A DNA stretch of 64,000 nt. Origin: an uncultured Porphyromonadaceae bacterium (GTDB taxonomy: Bacteria; Bacteroidota; Bacteroidia; Bacteroidales; Muribaculaceae). The stretch is from the NCBI GenBank assembly GCA_900541865.1, contig UQLO01000005.1, positions 19,177-83,176 of the forward strand, in the 5' to 3' direction. Position 1 is the first letter of the stretch. Each line of letters starts with the position of its first letter. The notes under the pieces are model-generated. The model saw only the letters and a list, made by a program, of their open reading frames with translations. It searched no databases and was not told where the DNA came from. Both the position numbers and the translations under genes were made by a program. Shown one piece after another: positions 44,976 through 54,703 of the stretch.

Positions 44976-47024
44976 TCATTTTTTATGCAGTTTGCGGTAG
45001 AGTACTCCCGGTTTGGTGTCGGCAGGTGTGTCGGCGAAGGGTAGCACGAAGCGGCAGCCCTCGGCGTAGCGGCTGCACCCGAATGCTGCGCGCCCGCGGA
45101 CTATGTGTCCCTGTGCGCAGCTCGGACACGGCACCTGCTCGAGCTTTGTGATGCGTTTTGCTTTGGGCTTTGTCGGCTCGGAAGGGGTAGCCGGGCCCTT
45201 GGACGGGGCAGGAGGTTCGGCACTGATGCGCCGGCCGCCGCAGTCGTTCATCACGTTGTGGACGATGGTGGTCACCATCTGGTTGATTTCACGGATGAAC
45301 TGAGCGGGGGAGTATTCACCGCGCTCTATGCGGCGCAGTTTGTTCTCCCACAGTCCGGTGAGTTTGGCGCTTTTGAGAAGTTCCTCGTCGATAGTGTCGA
45401 TGAGGTCTATGCCGGCTTGGGTGGGCACGAGGTTCTTGCGCTCCCGCTGTATGTAGCGGCGCTTGAAGAGGGTCTCGATGATTGCGGCGCGAGTGGAGGG
45501 TCGGCCGATGCCGTTTTCCTTCATCGCCTCGCGCAGTTCTTCGGTGTCGACGGTGCGCCCTGCCGTCTCCATTGCTCGCAGAAGGGTGCCTTCGTTGTAG
45601 GGCTTTGGCGGCTGCGACGTCTTTTTGGACAGCGACGGCTCGTGGGGGCCGCTTTCGCCGGGAGTGAATACCGGAAGCTCGCGGTTGGTGTCGTCCTGCG
45701 TGTCTGCCCCGCCGTCGTCGCCTTCCTTGCCGCTCTTGGAGGGGTAGAGGACCCGCCAGCCCGGGTCGAGAATTACCTTGCCGGAGGTCTTGAAGTCGTA
45801 TTGGCCGGCTTGTCCGGTCACGGTGGTCTGCTCGAAGAGGCAGTCGGGGTAGAAGGCGGCTATGAAGCGGGTGGCGATGAGGTGGTAGAGTTTCTTCTCG
45901 TCCAGACTCAGGTCGCCGCCGGGCAGTTGGCCGGTAGGGATTATGGCATGGTGGTCGGTGACTTTCGAGTTGTCGAACACCTTTTTGCTCTTCGGAATAG
46001 GCTTTGCCAGCACCGGTGCCGTGAGGTTGGCGTAGGGGGTCATTGCGCGCAGCGTGGGCGCTATCTTAGGATGGATGTCGTCGCTGAGATAGGTGGTGTC
46101 GACGCGCGGGTAGGTGGTCAGTTTCTTCTCGTAGAGGCTCTGGATGAGCTTCAGAGTGTTGTCGGCGCTCCAGCCCCAGCGCTTGTTGCTCTCCACCTGC
46201 AGGCTGGTGAGGTCGAAGAGCCGGGGAGGCTGCTCGCGGCCTTTCTTTTTGGCCACATCGTTGATGCGGAATGTCTCCGGCCGGATGGCTTCCACGGCGG
46301 CATTGCCGAGGTCTTCGGTTTCGAAGCGCTCGCCGGTGTAGGTGAAGTCGGTGTTGCGGTAGGAGGTGTGGAGTTCCCAACTGTCTTTGGGCACGAAGTC
46401 GCGTATCTCCTTGAAACGTTTCACGATAAGCGCCAGCGTCGGGGTTTGCACACGGCCTATGGAGAGCACGTTGCCGAACGAGCCGTACTTGAGCGAGTAG
46501 AGGCGCGTGGCATTCATGCCCAGCACCCAGTCGCCGATGGCGCGGCTCAGCCCTGCGTAGAAGAGGCGGTCGTAGTGGGCCTGCGGCTTGAGGTCGGCAA
46601 GACCCTGGCGGATACTCTCGTCGGTCAGCGACGATATCCAAAGACGGCTCACGGGGCAACGGGCACCGGCTTTGCGCATAACCCAGCGTTGGATAAGCTC
46701 GCCCTCCTGCCCGGCGTCACCGCAGTTCACTATCTCGTCGGCTTCGGCTACAAGGCGCTCGATGACAGCGAACTGCCGCCTAACGCCATTGTCGTCGATG
46801 ACCTTTATGTCGTATTTCTCCGGAAGCATGGGGAGTTGGCTCAGATACCATCGTTTCCACTCAGGCCGGTAGTCGTGGGGCTCGTAGAGGCAGCACAGAT
46901 GACCTATCGTCCAGGTCACCCGCACACCGTCGCCTTCGTAGTAGCCGTCGCGCAGGCTATTGGCACCCAACGCTTTGGCAATGTCGGTGGCAACGCTCTT
47001 TTTCTCTGTTATGCAGAGTTTCAA
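44976..47024 (-). CDS. topB: DNA topoisomerase III with a C-terminal zinc ribbon; probable TTG start
   Basis: (M)KLCITEKKSVATDIAKALGA is a TOPRIM start. C-terminal CPSC...C zinc ribbon. The listed ORF extends upstream into mazG, and the TTG at 47024 fits a conserved start. Confidence 0.7.
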   Translation of the reverse strand: MKLCITEKKSVATDIAKALGANSLRDGYYEGDGVRVTWTIGHLCCLYEPHDYRPEWKRWYLSQLPMLPEKYDIKVIDDNGVRRQFAVIERLVAEADEIVNCGDAGQEGELIQRWVMRKAGARCPVSRLWISSLTDESIRQGLADLKPQAHYDRLFYAGLSRAIGDWVLGMNATRLYSLKYGSFGNVLSIGRVQTPTLALIVKRFKEIRDFVPKDSWELHTSYRNTDFTYTGERFETEDLGNAAVEAIRPETFRINDVAKKKGREQPPRLFDLTSLQVESNKRWGWSADNTLKLIQSLYEKKLTTYPRVDTTYLSDDIHPKIAPTLRAMTPYANLTAPVLAKPIPKSKKVFDNSKVTDHHAIIPTGQLPGGDLSLDEKKLYHLIATRFIAAFYPDCLFEQTTVTGQAGQYDFKTSGKVILDPGWRVLYPSKSGKEGDDGGADTQDDTNRELPVFTPGESGPHEPSLSKKTSQPPKPYNEGTLLRAMETAGRTVDTEELREAMKENGIGRPSTRAAIIETLFKRRYIQRERKNLVPTQAGIDLIDTIDEELLKSAKLTGLWENKLRRIERGEYSPAQFIREINQMVTTIVHNVMNDCGGRRISAEPPAPSKGPATPSEPTKPKAKRITKLEQVPCPSCAQGHIVRGRAAFGCSRYAEGCRFVLPFADTPADTKPGVLYRKLHKK

Positions 47025-47809
47025 GCCTGCTCCTCCTTTTTTGCCTCCTGCCAGAGCTCTTCCATTTGGTCGAGACTTAGCTCTTTGAGGGTATGGCCGG
47101 CGGCGCGCGCTCCTTCCTCGATGTGGTTGAAGCGGCGGATAAACTTGCGGTTTGTGCGTTCCAGGGCGTTTTCGGGGTTGACGCCGTAGAGGCGCGCTGC
47201 GTTGATCACAGCGAAGAGCAGGTCGCCGAACTCTGCCTCCAGCTCGGGCGAGCCGGGCTCTGCGGCGGCTTTGAGGACTTCGTCGGTCTCTTCGGTGACT
47301 TTTTGCCATACGTCCTCGCGGTTTTTCCAGTCGAAGCCCGTGTTGGCGGCCTTCTCCTGGATTCGGAATGCTTTGACCAAGGCGGGCAAGGCAGCCGGCA
47401 CGCCTCCGAGCACGCTGTGGTTGCCGTCCTTCTCCTTGAGTTTGATTTGCTCCCAGTTGAGCTCTACCTGGTGGGCGTCGTCGGCCTTGACGTCGCCGAA
47501 GACGTGCGGATGGCGGAAAATGAGCTTGCTGTTGAGGGCATCGGCCACGTCGGCAATGTCGAACGCACCCTTCTCCGAGCCTATTTTGGCGTAGAAAAGC
47601 ACGTGGAGCAGCACGTCGCCGAGCTCTTTGCGGATATTGGCGTCGTCGCCGTCAAGAAGAGCCTGGGCCAGTTCATATGTTTCCTCTATGGTGTTGGGAC
47701 GCAGGCTTTCGTTGGTCTGCTTGGCGTCCCAAGGGCATTTGACGCGCAGTATGTCGAGCGTGTCGATCACGCGGCCCAGCGCTTCGATCTTCTCCTGTCG
47801 GGTATGCAC
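47021..47809 (-). CDS. mazG: Nucleoside triphosphate pyrophosphohydrolase MazG
   Basis: Two tandem MazG EExxE helical repeats (…EEVYEL…, …EELGDLLF…). Confidence 0.8.
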   Translation of the reverse strand: MHTRQEKIEALGRVIDTLDILRVKCPWDAKQTNESLRPNTIEETYELAQALLDGDDANIRKELGDVLLHVLFYAKIGSEKGAFDIADVADALNSKLIFRHPHVFGDVKADDAHQVELNWEQIKLKEKDGNHSVLGGVPAALPALVKAFRIQEKAANTGFDWKNREDVWQKVTEETDEVLKAAAEPGSPELEAEFGDLLFAVINAARLYGVNPENALERTNRKFIRRFNHIEEGARAAGHTLKELSLDQMEELWQEAKKEEQA

Positions 47810-47836
47810 TTTGATTGGATTTTGTTTTGTTGTCTA

Positions 47837-49813
47837 TCAGCGGTTTTTGTAGTTCTCTACGCCGTCTTCAAGCCAGCCGACGAAGGCTCCTACGTTCTCG
47901 TCGTGGGCGCGGGGCTGGTTGAGCGGTCGGCCTTCGTTGTCGAGCAGCACATAGAAGGGCTGCTGGTTGGTGGAGAATTTGTGGCGCTGCAGGTAGCTCC
48001 ACTTCTCACCCACGGTGGTGAGTCGCACCGTGCGGCCCTCTTCCTCCACGGTTATAGGCTCGGGAAGCTCGGTTTTGTCGTCGACCATGAGTACTATCAT
48101 AACGTATTGGTCCTCAAGGATGCCGCGTACTACGGGGGTATCGAAGACGGCACCCTCCATCTTGCGGCAGTTCACGCAGGCATAGCCCGAAAAGTCCACA
48201 AGTACCGGCTTGCCTTCGGCGGCAGCGGCGGCCATGCCCCGGTCGTAGTCGTCGTATTTCACGAACTCTCCGCCGTAGAGGTTGAAGTCCTGAGTGTACA
48301 GCGGAGGAGCGAATGCGCTGATGGCCTTCAAGGGTGCGCCCCAAAGACCCGGAACGAGGTAGACGGCAAAGGAGAAAGAAATGAGCGCCAGGAAGAAGCG
48401 TCCTACAGAGGTGTGGCTTTCGGCTCCGTCGTGGCTGAAGCGAAGCTTGCCCAGCAGGTAGCAGCCCAACAGGGCGAAGAGCACTATCCAGAGACTCAGG
48501 AAGACTTCGCGGTCGAGGATATGCCAGCCATAGGCCAGGTCGGCCACAGAGAGGAATTTCAGCGAGAGAATGAGTTCTACGAAACCAAGTACCACCTTCA
48601 CGCTCTGCAGCCAACTGCCCGACTTGGGAAGCTCTTTAAGCATGCTCGGGAAGAAGGCGAACAGGCCGAAAGGCAGCGCAAGACCCAGCGCGAAGCCGCC
48701 CATGCCAAGCAGCGGACCCATCAGGTTGCTCTGGCTGAAGGCTTCGACAAGAAGTGTGCCGATTATGGGGCCGGTGCAGCTGAACGACACCAGCACCAAC
48801 GTGAAGGCCATGAAGAAGATGCCCAAAAAGCCGCCGGCGGAGCCGGCTTTGGCATCGGCGGCGTTGGTCCACTTGCTCGGCAGGGTGATTTCGAAGGCAC
48901 CGAAAAAGCTGATGGCGAAGAACACCAGCATGGCGAAGAAAATGAGGTTGAACACGGCTCCCGTGGCTATCTCGTTGAGCTTGCCGGGTCCGAAAATCAG
49001 AGTAAGCACGATGCCCAGTCCGATGAAAATCACCAGGATGGAGGCGGCGTAGGTTGCGGCGTCGCCGATGGCGCGGGCTCGGCTCTTGGAGCGCTTCAGG
49101 AAGAAGCTCACCGTCATAGGTATCATCGGCCATATACAGGGTGTCATCAGCGCTACCAGACCCCCAACGAATCCAAGAAGGAGGATCATCCAGTAGCTCT
49201 GCGAAGAAGCGCCGGTGGTAACTTCGACGGGCTGCCACCAAAGCTCGCTGCGGCTGTCGGAGGCAATGGCTGCCGTCGGTGCAGCGTTCCGGTCGACGCT
49301 TTGCGAGGGAGCGGCGGCAGCCGCAGCCGGCGCGGGAGTGCCCGCGGTGAGGTCGAAGGCGAAGCGGTCGGGTGGCGTGCACGAGCTCTCCGAGCAGGCC
49401 ATATAGTTGACCGTGCCGGCCACGCGTGCGCCCTCGACGCCCACAAGGCGCAAGGGCTGGCGCAGCTCGAAGGTGCCGGTCAGCCAGGGCAGGTTGAGGC
49501 TCAGAAAGGAGTCGAAATGCACGGCGGGCTCGGCCGTGGTAGTCAGCGGGCCGGCAGTCTCCAGACCCTCGGCCGGATCGATGGTGATGGAAGTCGGGTC
49601 GGGAGCACCGTCGGCGGAGGGTATCTCAAGACCGTAGATGTGCCAGCCGGCGTCGATGTCGGCTTTGAGCACAAGGGTGTACTCACCTTCGGCGGCTCCG
49701 GCCTCCAGCGAGGGCGTCCACTGCACGTGGCGCTCGATGGCGGCCCAAGCGCCTGCGGCCGCGCATACTATTAATAATGTAAGGAGGGTTATTCTTTTCA
49801 TATCCGGTGTCAA
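47837..49813 (-). CDS. dsbD: Thiol:disulfide interchange protein DsbD (alpha, membrane and thioredoxin domains)
   Basis: N-terminal GWHIYG alpha-domain. A multi-TM core with Cys pairs. C-terminal thioredoxin CVNC. Confidence 0.85.
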   Translation of the reverse strand: MTPDMKRITLLTLLIVCAAAGAWAAIERHVQWTPSLEAGAAEGEYTLVLKADIDAGWHIYGLEIPSADGAPDPTSITIDPAEGLETAGPLTTTAEPAVHFDSFLSLNLPWLTGTFELRQPLRLVGVEGARVAGTVNYMACSESSCTPPDRFAFDLTAGTPAPAAAAAAPSQSVDRNAAPTAAIASDSRSELWWQPVEVTTGASSQSYWMILLLGFVGGLVALMTPCIWPMIPMTVSFFLKRSKSRARAIGDAATYAASILVIFIGLGIVLTLIFGPGKLNEIATGAVFNLIFFAMLVFFAISFFGAFEITLPSKWTNAADAKAGSAGGFLGIFFMAFTLVLVSFSCTGPIIGTLLVEAFSQSNLMGPLLGMGGFALGLALPFGLFAFFPSMLKELPKSGSWLQSVKVVLGFVELILSLKFLSVADLAYGWHILDREVFLSLWIVLFALLGCYLLGKLRFSHDGAESHTSVGRFFLALISFSFAVYLVPGLWGAPLKAISAFAPPLYTQDFNLYGGEFVKYDDYDRGMAAAAAEGKPVLVDFSGYACVNCRKMEGAVFDTPVVRGILEDQYVMIVLMVDDKTELPEPITVEEEGRTVRLTTVGEKWSYLQRHKFSTNQQPFYVLLDNEGRPLNQPRAHDENVGAFVGWLEDGVENYKNR

Positions 49814-50289
49814 TGGGCGAAGGGAGGTACGGGGGCGCTGATGCGCTCAGTCTTTGGAGGACGGCAGGTATTGCCGTCGCATGCCATATAGCTTATGGCA
49901 GCCTTTACGGTGGGCGTGCCCTCTCCGGTGAGGCGGAAGGGCGCTGTGAAGTTCACGTTGGCGTCCCACCAGCTCAGAGTGAGTCCGAACATAGGGTCGT
50001 CGGTGCTCACGGGTTCGCGGGAGGGTGTCACCGGCGAGGTAAATTCGATGCCGGTGCTTTCGCCGAGGTCAAAACGGGTTGGCCGCGGGCCGCCCTGGGG
50101 CAGCTCAAGGCCGTAGAGGTGCCAGCCCGGCTCTATCAAAGCCTTGAAGGTAACGGTGCCTTGGTTGGGCGAGGTCATGCGCACTATGGTGCGCCAGCGC
50201 ACCGGGGGGTTGGCTTCGGGCTGCTGAGCCGAGGCTGCGTATGCCAAAAGCCCCGCCAGGACGAGTATGAATAAACGGAATGTTTTCAT
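49810..50289 (-). CDS. Standalone DsbD-alpha-like (DsbD N-terminal domain) periplasmic protein
   Basis: Signal peptide, then ...GWHLYGLELPQGGPRPT...YMACDGNTC.. paralogous to the DsbD alpha domain. Overlaps dsbD by 4 nt. Confidence 0.6.
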   Translation of the reverse strand: MKTFRLFILVLAGLLAYAASAQQPEANPPVRWRTIVRMTSPNQGTVTFKALIEPGWHLYGLELPQGGPRPTRFDLGESTGIEFTSPVTPSREPVSTDDPMFGLTLSWWDANVNFTAPFRLTGEGTPTVKAAISYMACDGNTCRPPKTERISAPVPPFAH

Positions 50290-50397
50290 CGGGTTTACGG
50301 ATTTTGCTGCAAAAATACGCAAAATAGCTGAGTTGACAAAACCGCGGCCTCACCGCGCACTGTCGGTAAGGCCGCGATATGATTGTAGCTTAATCTC

Positions 50398-52404
50398 TTA
50401 CTTGCGTGCAAGAATCAGGGCCGAGGTAGGCTCCACCATCACGGTGCCGCCGCGAAGGGTGCCGAGGCCGTCGGCGTTGATGCTGCCGTCGCGGGCTATC
50501 ACGGTCCAGTCGCCGCGCGGTATGCGGGCGGCGAAGGGAGCGTCCGAGCCGTTGAAAACGAGCTTGATTTCGCGCCACTCGTCGCCGTTGGCGTTGTTGA
50601 GGATGGAGTAGGAGACCACGTTGGGCGAGGTGATGTTGTCGAAGCGGATATTGCGCGCAATGTCTTCGGCGGTGGTCATACGGAAGGCCGGATGGTTGCG
50701 GCGCAGGCGGATGAGCTCGCGGTAGTAGTCGAACTGGTCGGCGTTGTCGCTCTTGAGCGTCCAGTCGATGGCGTTGATGCTGTCGGGGCTCTTATAGCTG
50801 TTGTGCACGCCCTTCTTGTCGCGGAATACTTCCTCTCCGGCAAACATAAAAGGCGTTCCCTGCGAGGTGAATACAATAGTCTGGGCAAGGCGGGCGGCGC
50901 GCTGACGCTCGGCCTCGGTGCTGCCGGGCATGGAAGCGGCCAGTTTGTCGGTCAGGGTGAGGTCGTCGTGGCAGCTCACGTAGTTGATAATCTGCGTGGG
51001 CGCCGAGGCATAGGCAAACTTGGAGTTGTTGCCCTTGGTGTAGTCTACCTGGGGATGGGCCGTGGAGGCCACGATGCCGATTTTGACGGTTTCCTCGTTG
51101 CCGGGCTTGCCGGTGGCGAAGCCGCGGTCGGCGGCATTGCTGTAGTGGCCTTTGACGGCGTCGCGGATGTCGTCGGAGAACACCGCGATGCCTTCCATGG
51201 CTGCCACGTTCTCCTTCAGAGCGCGCCGCTCGGCCGGCAGGGGAGAGTCGCCGGCGGTCCAGCCTTCGCCGTAGATGAAGGCGTGGGGGTTGATTTCCTT
51301 GAGTGCGGAGGCGATTTGGTTCATGGTCTCGGTGTCGTGGATGGCCATCAGGTCAAAGCGGAAGCCGTCGATATGGTACTCCTTGGCCCAGTGCTTGATG
51401 GAGTTGATCATGAACCGGCGCATCATGGCGCGCTCGGAGGCAGTCTCGTTGCCGCAGCCGGAGGCATCGCTGTAGGAGCCGTCGGCGCGGTGGCGGTAGA
51501 AGTAGCCGGGAGCGGTGAGCGAGAAGTTGGAGTCGTCGTTGTTGGCCGTGTGGTTGTAGACCACGTCCATTACCACTCCGATGCCGGCGTTGTGGAGTGC
51601 CTGCACCATTTCCTTCATCTCGCGCACGCGAGCTTCGGGATTTGCCGGGTCGGTGGAGTAGCTGCCTTCGGGGGCGTTGTAGTTGAAGGGGTCGTAGCCC
51701 CAGTTGTACTGGTTGGCGGGAGCGTTGGCCTCGTCGACGCTGTTGTAGTCGTAGCTCGGCAGGATGTGCACGTGGGTCACGCCCAGCTCGCGCAGGTGGT
51801 CGATGCCGGTTGCGGCGCCCTGGCCGTTGGTGGTGGCGGGCTCGGTAAGAGCCAGGAATTTGCCTTTGTGGACGATGCCGCTGGAGGGATGCACGGAGAA
51901 GTCGCGGTGGTGCATTTCGTAGAGCACGGCGTCGGTGATATGCTCGGTGGCCGGGCCGCGGTCGGTATCCCAGCCGGCCGGATTGGTGGCGGCGAAGTCG
52001 ATGATGGCTGCCCGGCGACCGTTGGTGCCCACTGCTTTGGGCGCTATGCCGGGCGTCTCGGCCAGCTGGCGGCCGTCGACGGTGACGCGGAAGGTGTAGA
52101 ATTTGCCGTAGAGCTGTTCGGGCACTGATGCGCGCCAGGTACCTTGCTCGCCGCGACTCATCGTCAGGGTGTCGGTGGGCGCGGTGTTGAGGTCGCTGGG
52201 GTAGATAAGCACCTCGGCGGCGGTGGCTTCGGGACTCCAGAGGATGAAATGGGTGCCGGCGGCGTCGACGCTCAGCTCGAGGTCTTCGCCGGTGTAGGCA
52301 GGCCACGACTCATACCGGCTGTCGGGATTGGTCTGGGCTATTATCGGGCTGCTCATGGCTGCGGCAAGGATAAGTCCCATTGCCGGACGTGAAAGATGAA
52401 ACAT
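50398..52404 (-). CDS. pulA: Type I pullulanase (GH13)
   Basis: Signal peptide, N-terminal CBM-like region, and the YNWGYDP, GFRFDLM and EGW motifs. Confidence 0.85.
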   Translation of the reverse strand: MFHLSRPAMGLILAAAMSSPIIAQTNPDSRYESWPAYTGEDLELSVDAAGTHFILWSPEATAAEVLIYPSDLNTAPTDTLTMSRGEQGTWRASVPEQLYGKFYTFRVTVDGRQLAETPGIAPKAVGTNGRRAAIIDFAATNPAGWDTDRGPATEHITDAVLYEMHHRDFSVHPSSGIVHKGKFLALTEPATTNGQGAATGIDHLRELGVTHVHILPSYDYNSVDEANAPANQYNWGYDPFNYNAPEGSYSTDPANPEARVREMKEMVQALHNAGIGVVMDVVYNHTANNDDSNFSLTAPGYFYRHRADGSYSDASGCGNETASERAMMRRFMINSIKHWAKEYHIDGFRFDLMAIHDTETMNQIASALKEINPHAFIYGEGWTAGDSPLPAERRALKENVAAMEGIAVFSDDIRDAVKGHYSNAADRGFATGKPGNEETVKIGIVASTAHPQVDYTKGNNSKFAYASAPTQIINYVSCHDDLTLTDKLAASMPGSTEAERQRAARLAQTIVFTSQGTPFMFAGEEVFRDKKGVHNSYKSPDSINAIDWTLKSDNADQFDYYRELIRLRRNHPAFRMTTAEDIARNIRFDNITSPNVVSYSILNNANGDEWREIKLVFNGSDAPFAARIPRGDWTVIARDGSINADGLGTLRGGTVMVEPTSALILARK

Positions 52405-52476
52405 TGGCGTAGTGATATAATCTCTTGAAAATGTAAAATTAAAAATTCAGAATGCAAAATGAACTTTGGCGTGCTG

Positions 52477-52797
52477 TTACCTTACTAATAGGCGGGCGGT
52501 GCTGTCGGCGGTGCGGACAATGTAAATGCCGGCCTTCAGATCAAGGCGCAGCGTCACTCCGGCCTCAACGGGCTGCTGCCACACGGCAGCTCCGGTGATG
52601 GAGTAGACCTCGGCGGCGATGGCCCCGTCGGTATTGTTGTAGATTTCGATGCCGCCGGCAACGGCGCGCGCCCCGCACTGCAGAGTCGTCGCTTCTGCCG
52701 CAACGGAGTCCCGAGCCGGGGCAGCCCATGCTGCGCCGAAGCCGGCGCTGAGCGCGGCTGCAAGCAGGGTGGAGTAGAGGATTCGGCGGAGTCTCAT
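52477..52797 (-). CDS. Small secreted protein consisting essentially of a T9SS C-terminal sorting domain
   Basis: Signal peptide plus ...GIYIVRTADSTARLLVR. Confidence 0.45.
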   Translation of the reverse strand: MRLRRILYSTLLAAALSAGFGAAWAAPARDSVAAEATTLQCGARAVAGGIEIYNNTDGAIAAEVYSITGAAVWQQPVEAGVTLRLDLKAGIYIVRTADSTARLLVR

Positions 52798-52929
52798 GGC
52801 GGTGGTGTTTTATGTTCTACAAAGATAACAATTTTCCGCCGACGCAGCAAATGTCTTAACAAAATTTGTAAGAGTGTAGAATTAAAAGCCTTAAATACAC
52901 ATAATTATAGTTAAACATTGTTAATAAAC

Positions 52930-52970
52930 GGGGGGGGGTAATTTTAAGCCGCGCCTAAACGCTATATTTG
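52930..52970 (+). promoter_or_regulatory. Candidate promoter with a G9 homopolymer (52930-52938) upstream of a TATATTTG -7 box (52963-52970)
   Basis: The -7 box matches TAnnTTTG. The G9 tract sits in the -33 / UP-element region. Confidence 0.35.
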
Positions 52971-53009
52971 CCACAGAATATGTCTTTAATACAAACCGAA
53001 GTCAATCAT

Positions 53010-54548
53010 ATGAAAGCGAAAATTCTACTTCTGGCGGCTGCTCTGTGGTCCTTCGCGACCCAAGCTGCCGAGCCGGCGCTGATGCATAGCGCAGAAGCGC
53101 CCGCAGCGGCCGATATGCTCGTGGTCGACGAGGCCCCGGCCCGCGCATACTCCGACGCCGACTTCTCCGAATGGGAAACCTACGGCATGGTCTACGTCTA
53201 CAGCAACTTCGACATCAACGGCTTTTTGGAAGGGTATCGCCATGATGGCGAAGAAGCTCCGAATGCCGTCAAGGAACACTATGCCGAAGCTTTGGTACGA
53301 CACCTCAAAGCCGACCCGGACGTGATTCAGCTCCTCATTCCGGGTTTCCTCAACCTGGCCAACGTCAGCATCACCCTCGACCCGGTGACCATGATGATGA
53401 GCATGGACCGCACCACCACCAATCTGCCCGTCTACGAAGAATTGAAGTCCGCCTTCGGAACCGAGGCCCTCACTCTCTCCTGTGCTCAGATTTCCTACAC
53501 ACCCTCGCTCTGCCGACTAATCTTCTCCAATATCTTCCTTGAGGTTCGCGAAGCATATGGCATTCCTTTCACCGTCACCGTCACTCTTCCCGGCACCCCG
53601 GCGAACATGAGGATGGGATATTCGTGCGAAACGGCCCCGGCAGGTCATTCAACCCATGCCTACGATGAATTTGCCATAGATCTCACAGGCATAGACCACA
53701 TCAAATACTACACCACATCCGGCTCGTTCACCATCAACGACCTTCGCGCCTGCCTCACCGGCGAATTGAACACCGTGCAGACCAACTCCCGTATTTATGT
53801 GGGCTACTCCGAAGGCGCGGCAACTTATAATGTATGGAGCCTGTGCTTCGACGAGAACGACAAATATCTTGGCTTCTACTATGTTATATCCATCCAGAGC
53901 AACCGTGCTCCCGAAGGACAATGGGAAGAAGTCGGCAAAGCCATTTGGCACCATCCCTACAGCGACAGCTACGTAGTACATATATATAACGACGACAATG
54001 AGTACGTCGGGGCCGAGGAAGTTGTCTTCCCGGAAGAAGCTATGCAGTGGGAGGTGACCATGGAACGCCGCACCGACAGCGACCGCGAAATCTACCGCTT
54101 CGTCAACCCCTACGGCGCCGGCTGCGCCCTCAACGAAACCTGGTCCAACCTTATGGACCGCATGTACGGCATCGGTTATTGGAGCAATCTATACGACGAA
54201 AACGACAACTATTGGCTCGTGGTCGAAATGCCGGCCGCAGGCGGAAATGACTTCGTCGTTCCCTCGCGTCCAACCGGTGCGACCATAGCTCATTTCATCA
54301 ACACCTGGTTCCCGACGGAGTACGAGTCGGTGACTTTCGAGGACAACAAGCTGCGCCTCTACGCACCGCATTATTTGGATCGCGAGCTCCTCATCGAGCT
54401 GCCCGACATGGGAGGCCTCGAAGCTCCCGTGGTGAACATATCTGCACCGATTGAATACTTCAACCTGCAGGGAATACGCGTCGACAACCCCTCGGAGGGT
54501 ATATACATCCGCCGTCAGGGCGACCGCATCGAAAAAGTAAGACTCTAA
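53010..54548 (+). CDS. Secreted hypothetical protein with a T9SS C-terminal domain
   Basis: Signal peptide MKAKILLLAAALWSFATQAA. C-terminus ...FNLQGIRVDNPSEGIYIRRQGDRIEKVRL. Confidence 0.55.
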   Translation: MKAKILLLAAALWSFATQAAEPALMHSAEAPAAADMLVVDEAPARAYSDADFSEWETYGMVYVYSNFDINGFLEGYRHDGEEAPNAVKEHYAEALVRHLKADPDVIQLLIPGFLNLANVSITLDPVTMMMSMDRTTTNLPVYEELKSAFGTEALTLSCAQISYTPSLCRLIFSNIFLEVREAYGIPFTVTVTLPGTPANMRMGYSCETAPAGHSTHAYDEFAIDLTGIDHIKYYTTSGSFTINDLRACLTGELNTVQTNSRIYVGYSEGAATYNVWSLCFDENDKYLGFYYVISIQSNRAPEGQWEEVGKAIWHHPYSDSYVVHIYNDDNEYVGAEEVVFPEEAMQWEVTMERRTDSDREIYRFVNPYGAGCALNETWSNLMDRMYGIGYWSNLYDENDNYWLVVEMPAAGGNDFVVPSRPTGATIAHFINTWFPTEYESVTFEDNKLRLYAPHYLDRELLIELPDMGGLEAPVVNISAPIEYFNLQGIRVDNPSEGIYIRRQGDRIEKVRL

Positions 54549-54703
54549 ACCATCATAACATACAAACTGCCCCGGGCCGAAGGAACATTCTTCCTCGGCC
54601 CGGTATTTTTATGCCGTAATGGGTAATTTGTTGGTCTAAAAATCGGAACATTTAACAAAATCCGCCCCTTTTTTGTTAATATTGCAAACAAATTCATTCC
54701 ACT

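Noticed and set aside
44976-47309. Arg-rich 95-aa N-terminal extension of topB overlapping mazG
   Set aside because: The extension is the out-of-frame reading of the mazG 3' end. A TTG at 47024 gives the canonical topoisomerase N-terminus.
47093-49774. 893-aa plus-strand ORF
   Set aside because: Antisense to mazG and dsbD.
50692-52128. 478-aa plus-strand ORF
   Set aside because: Antisense to pulA.
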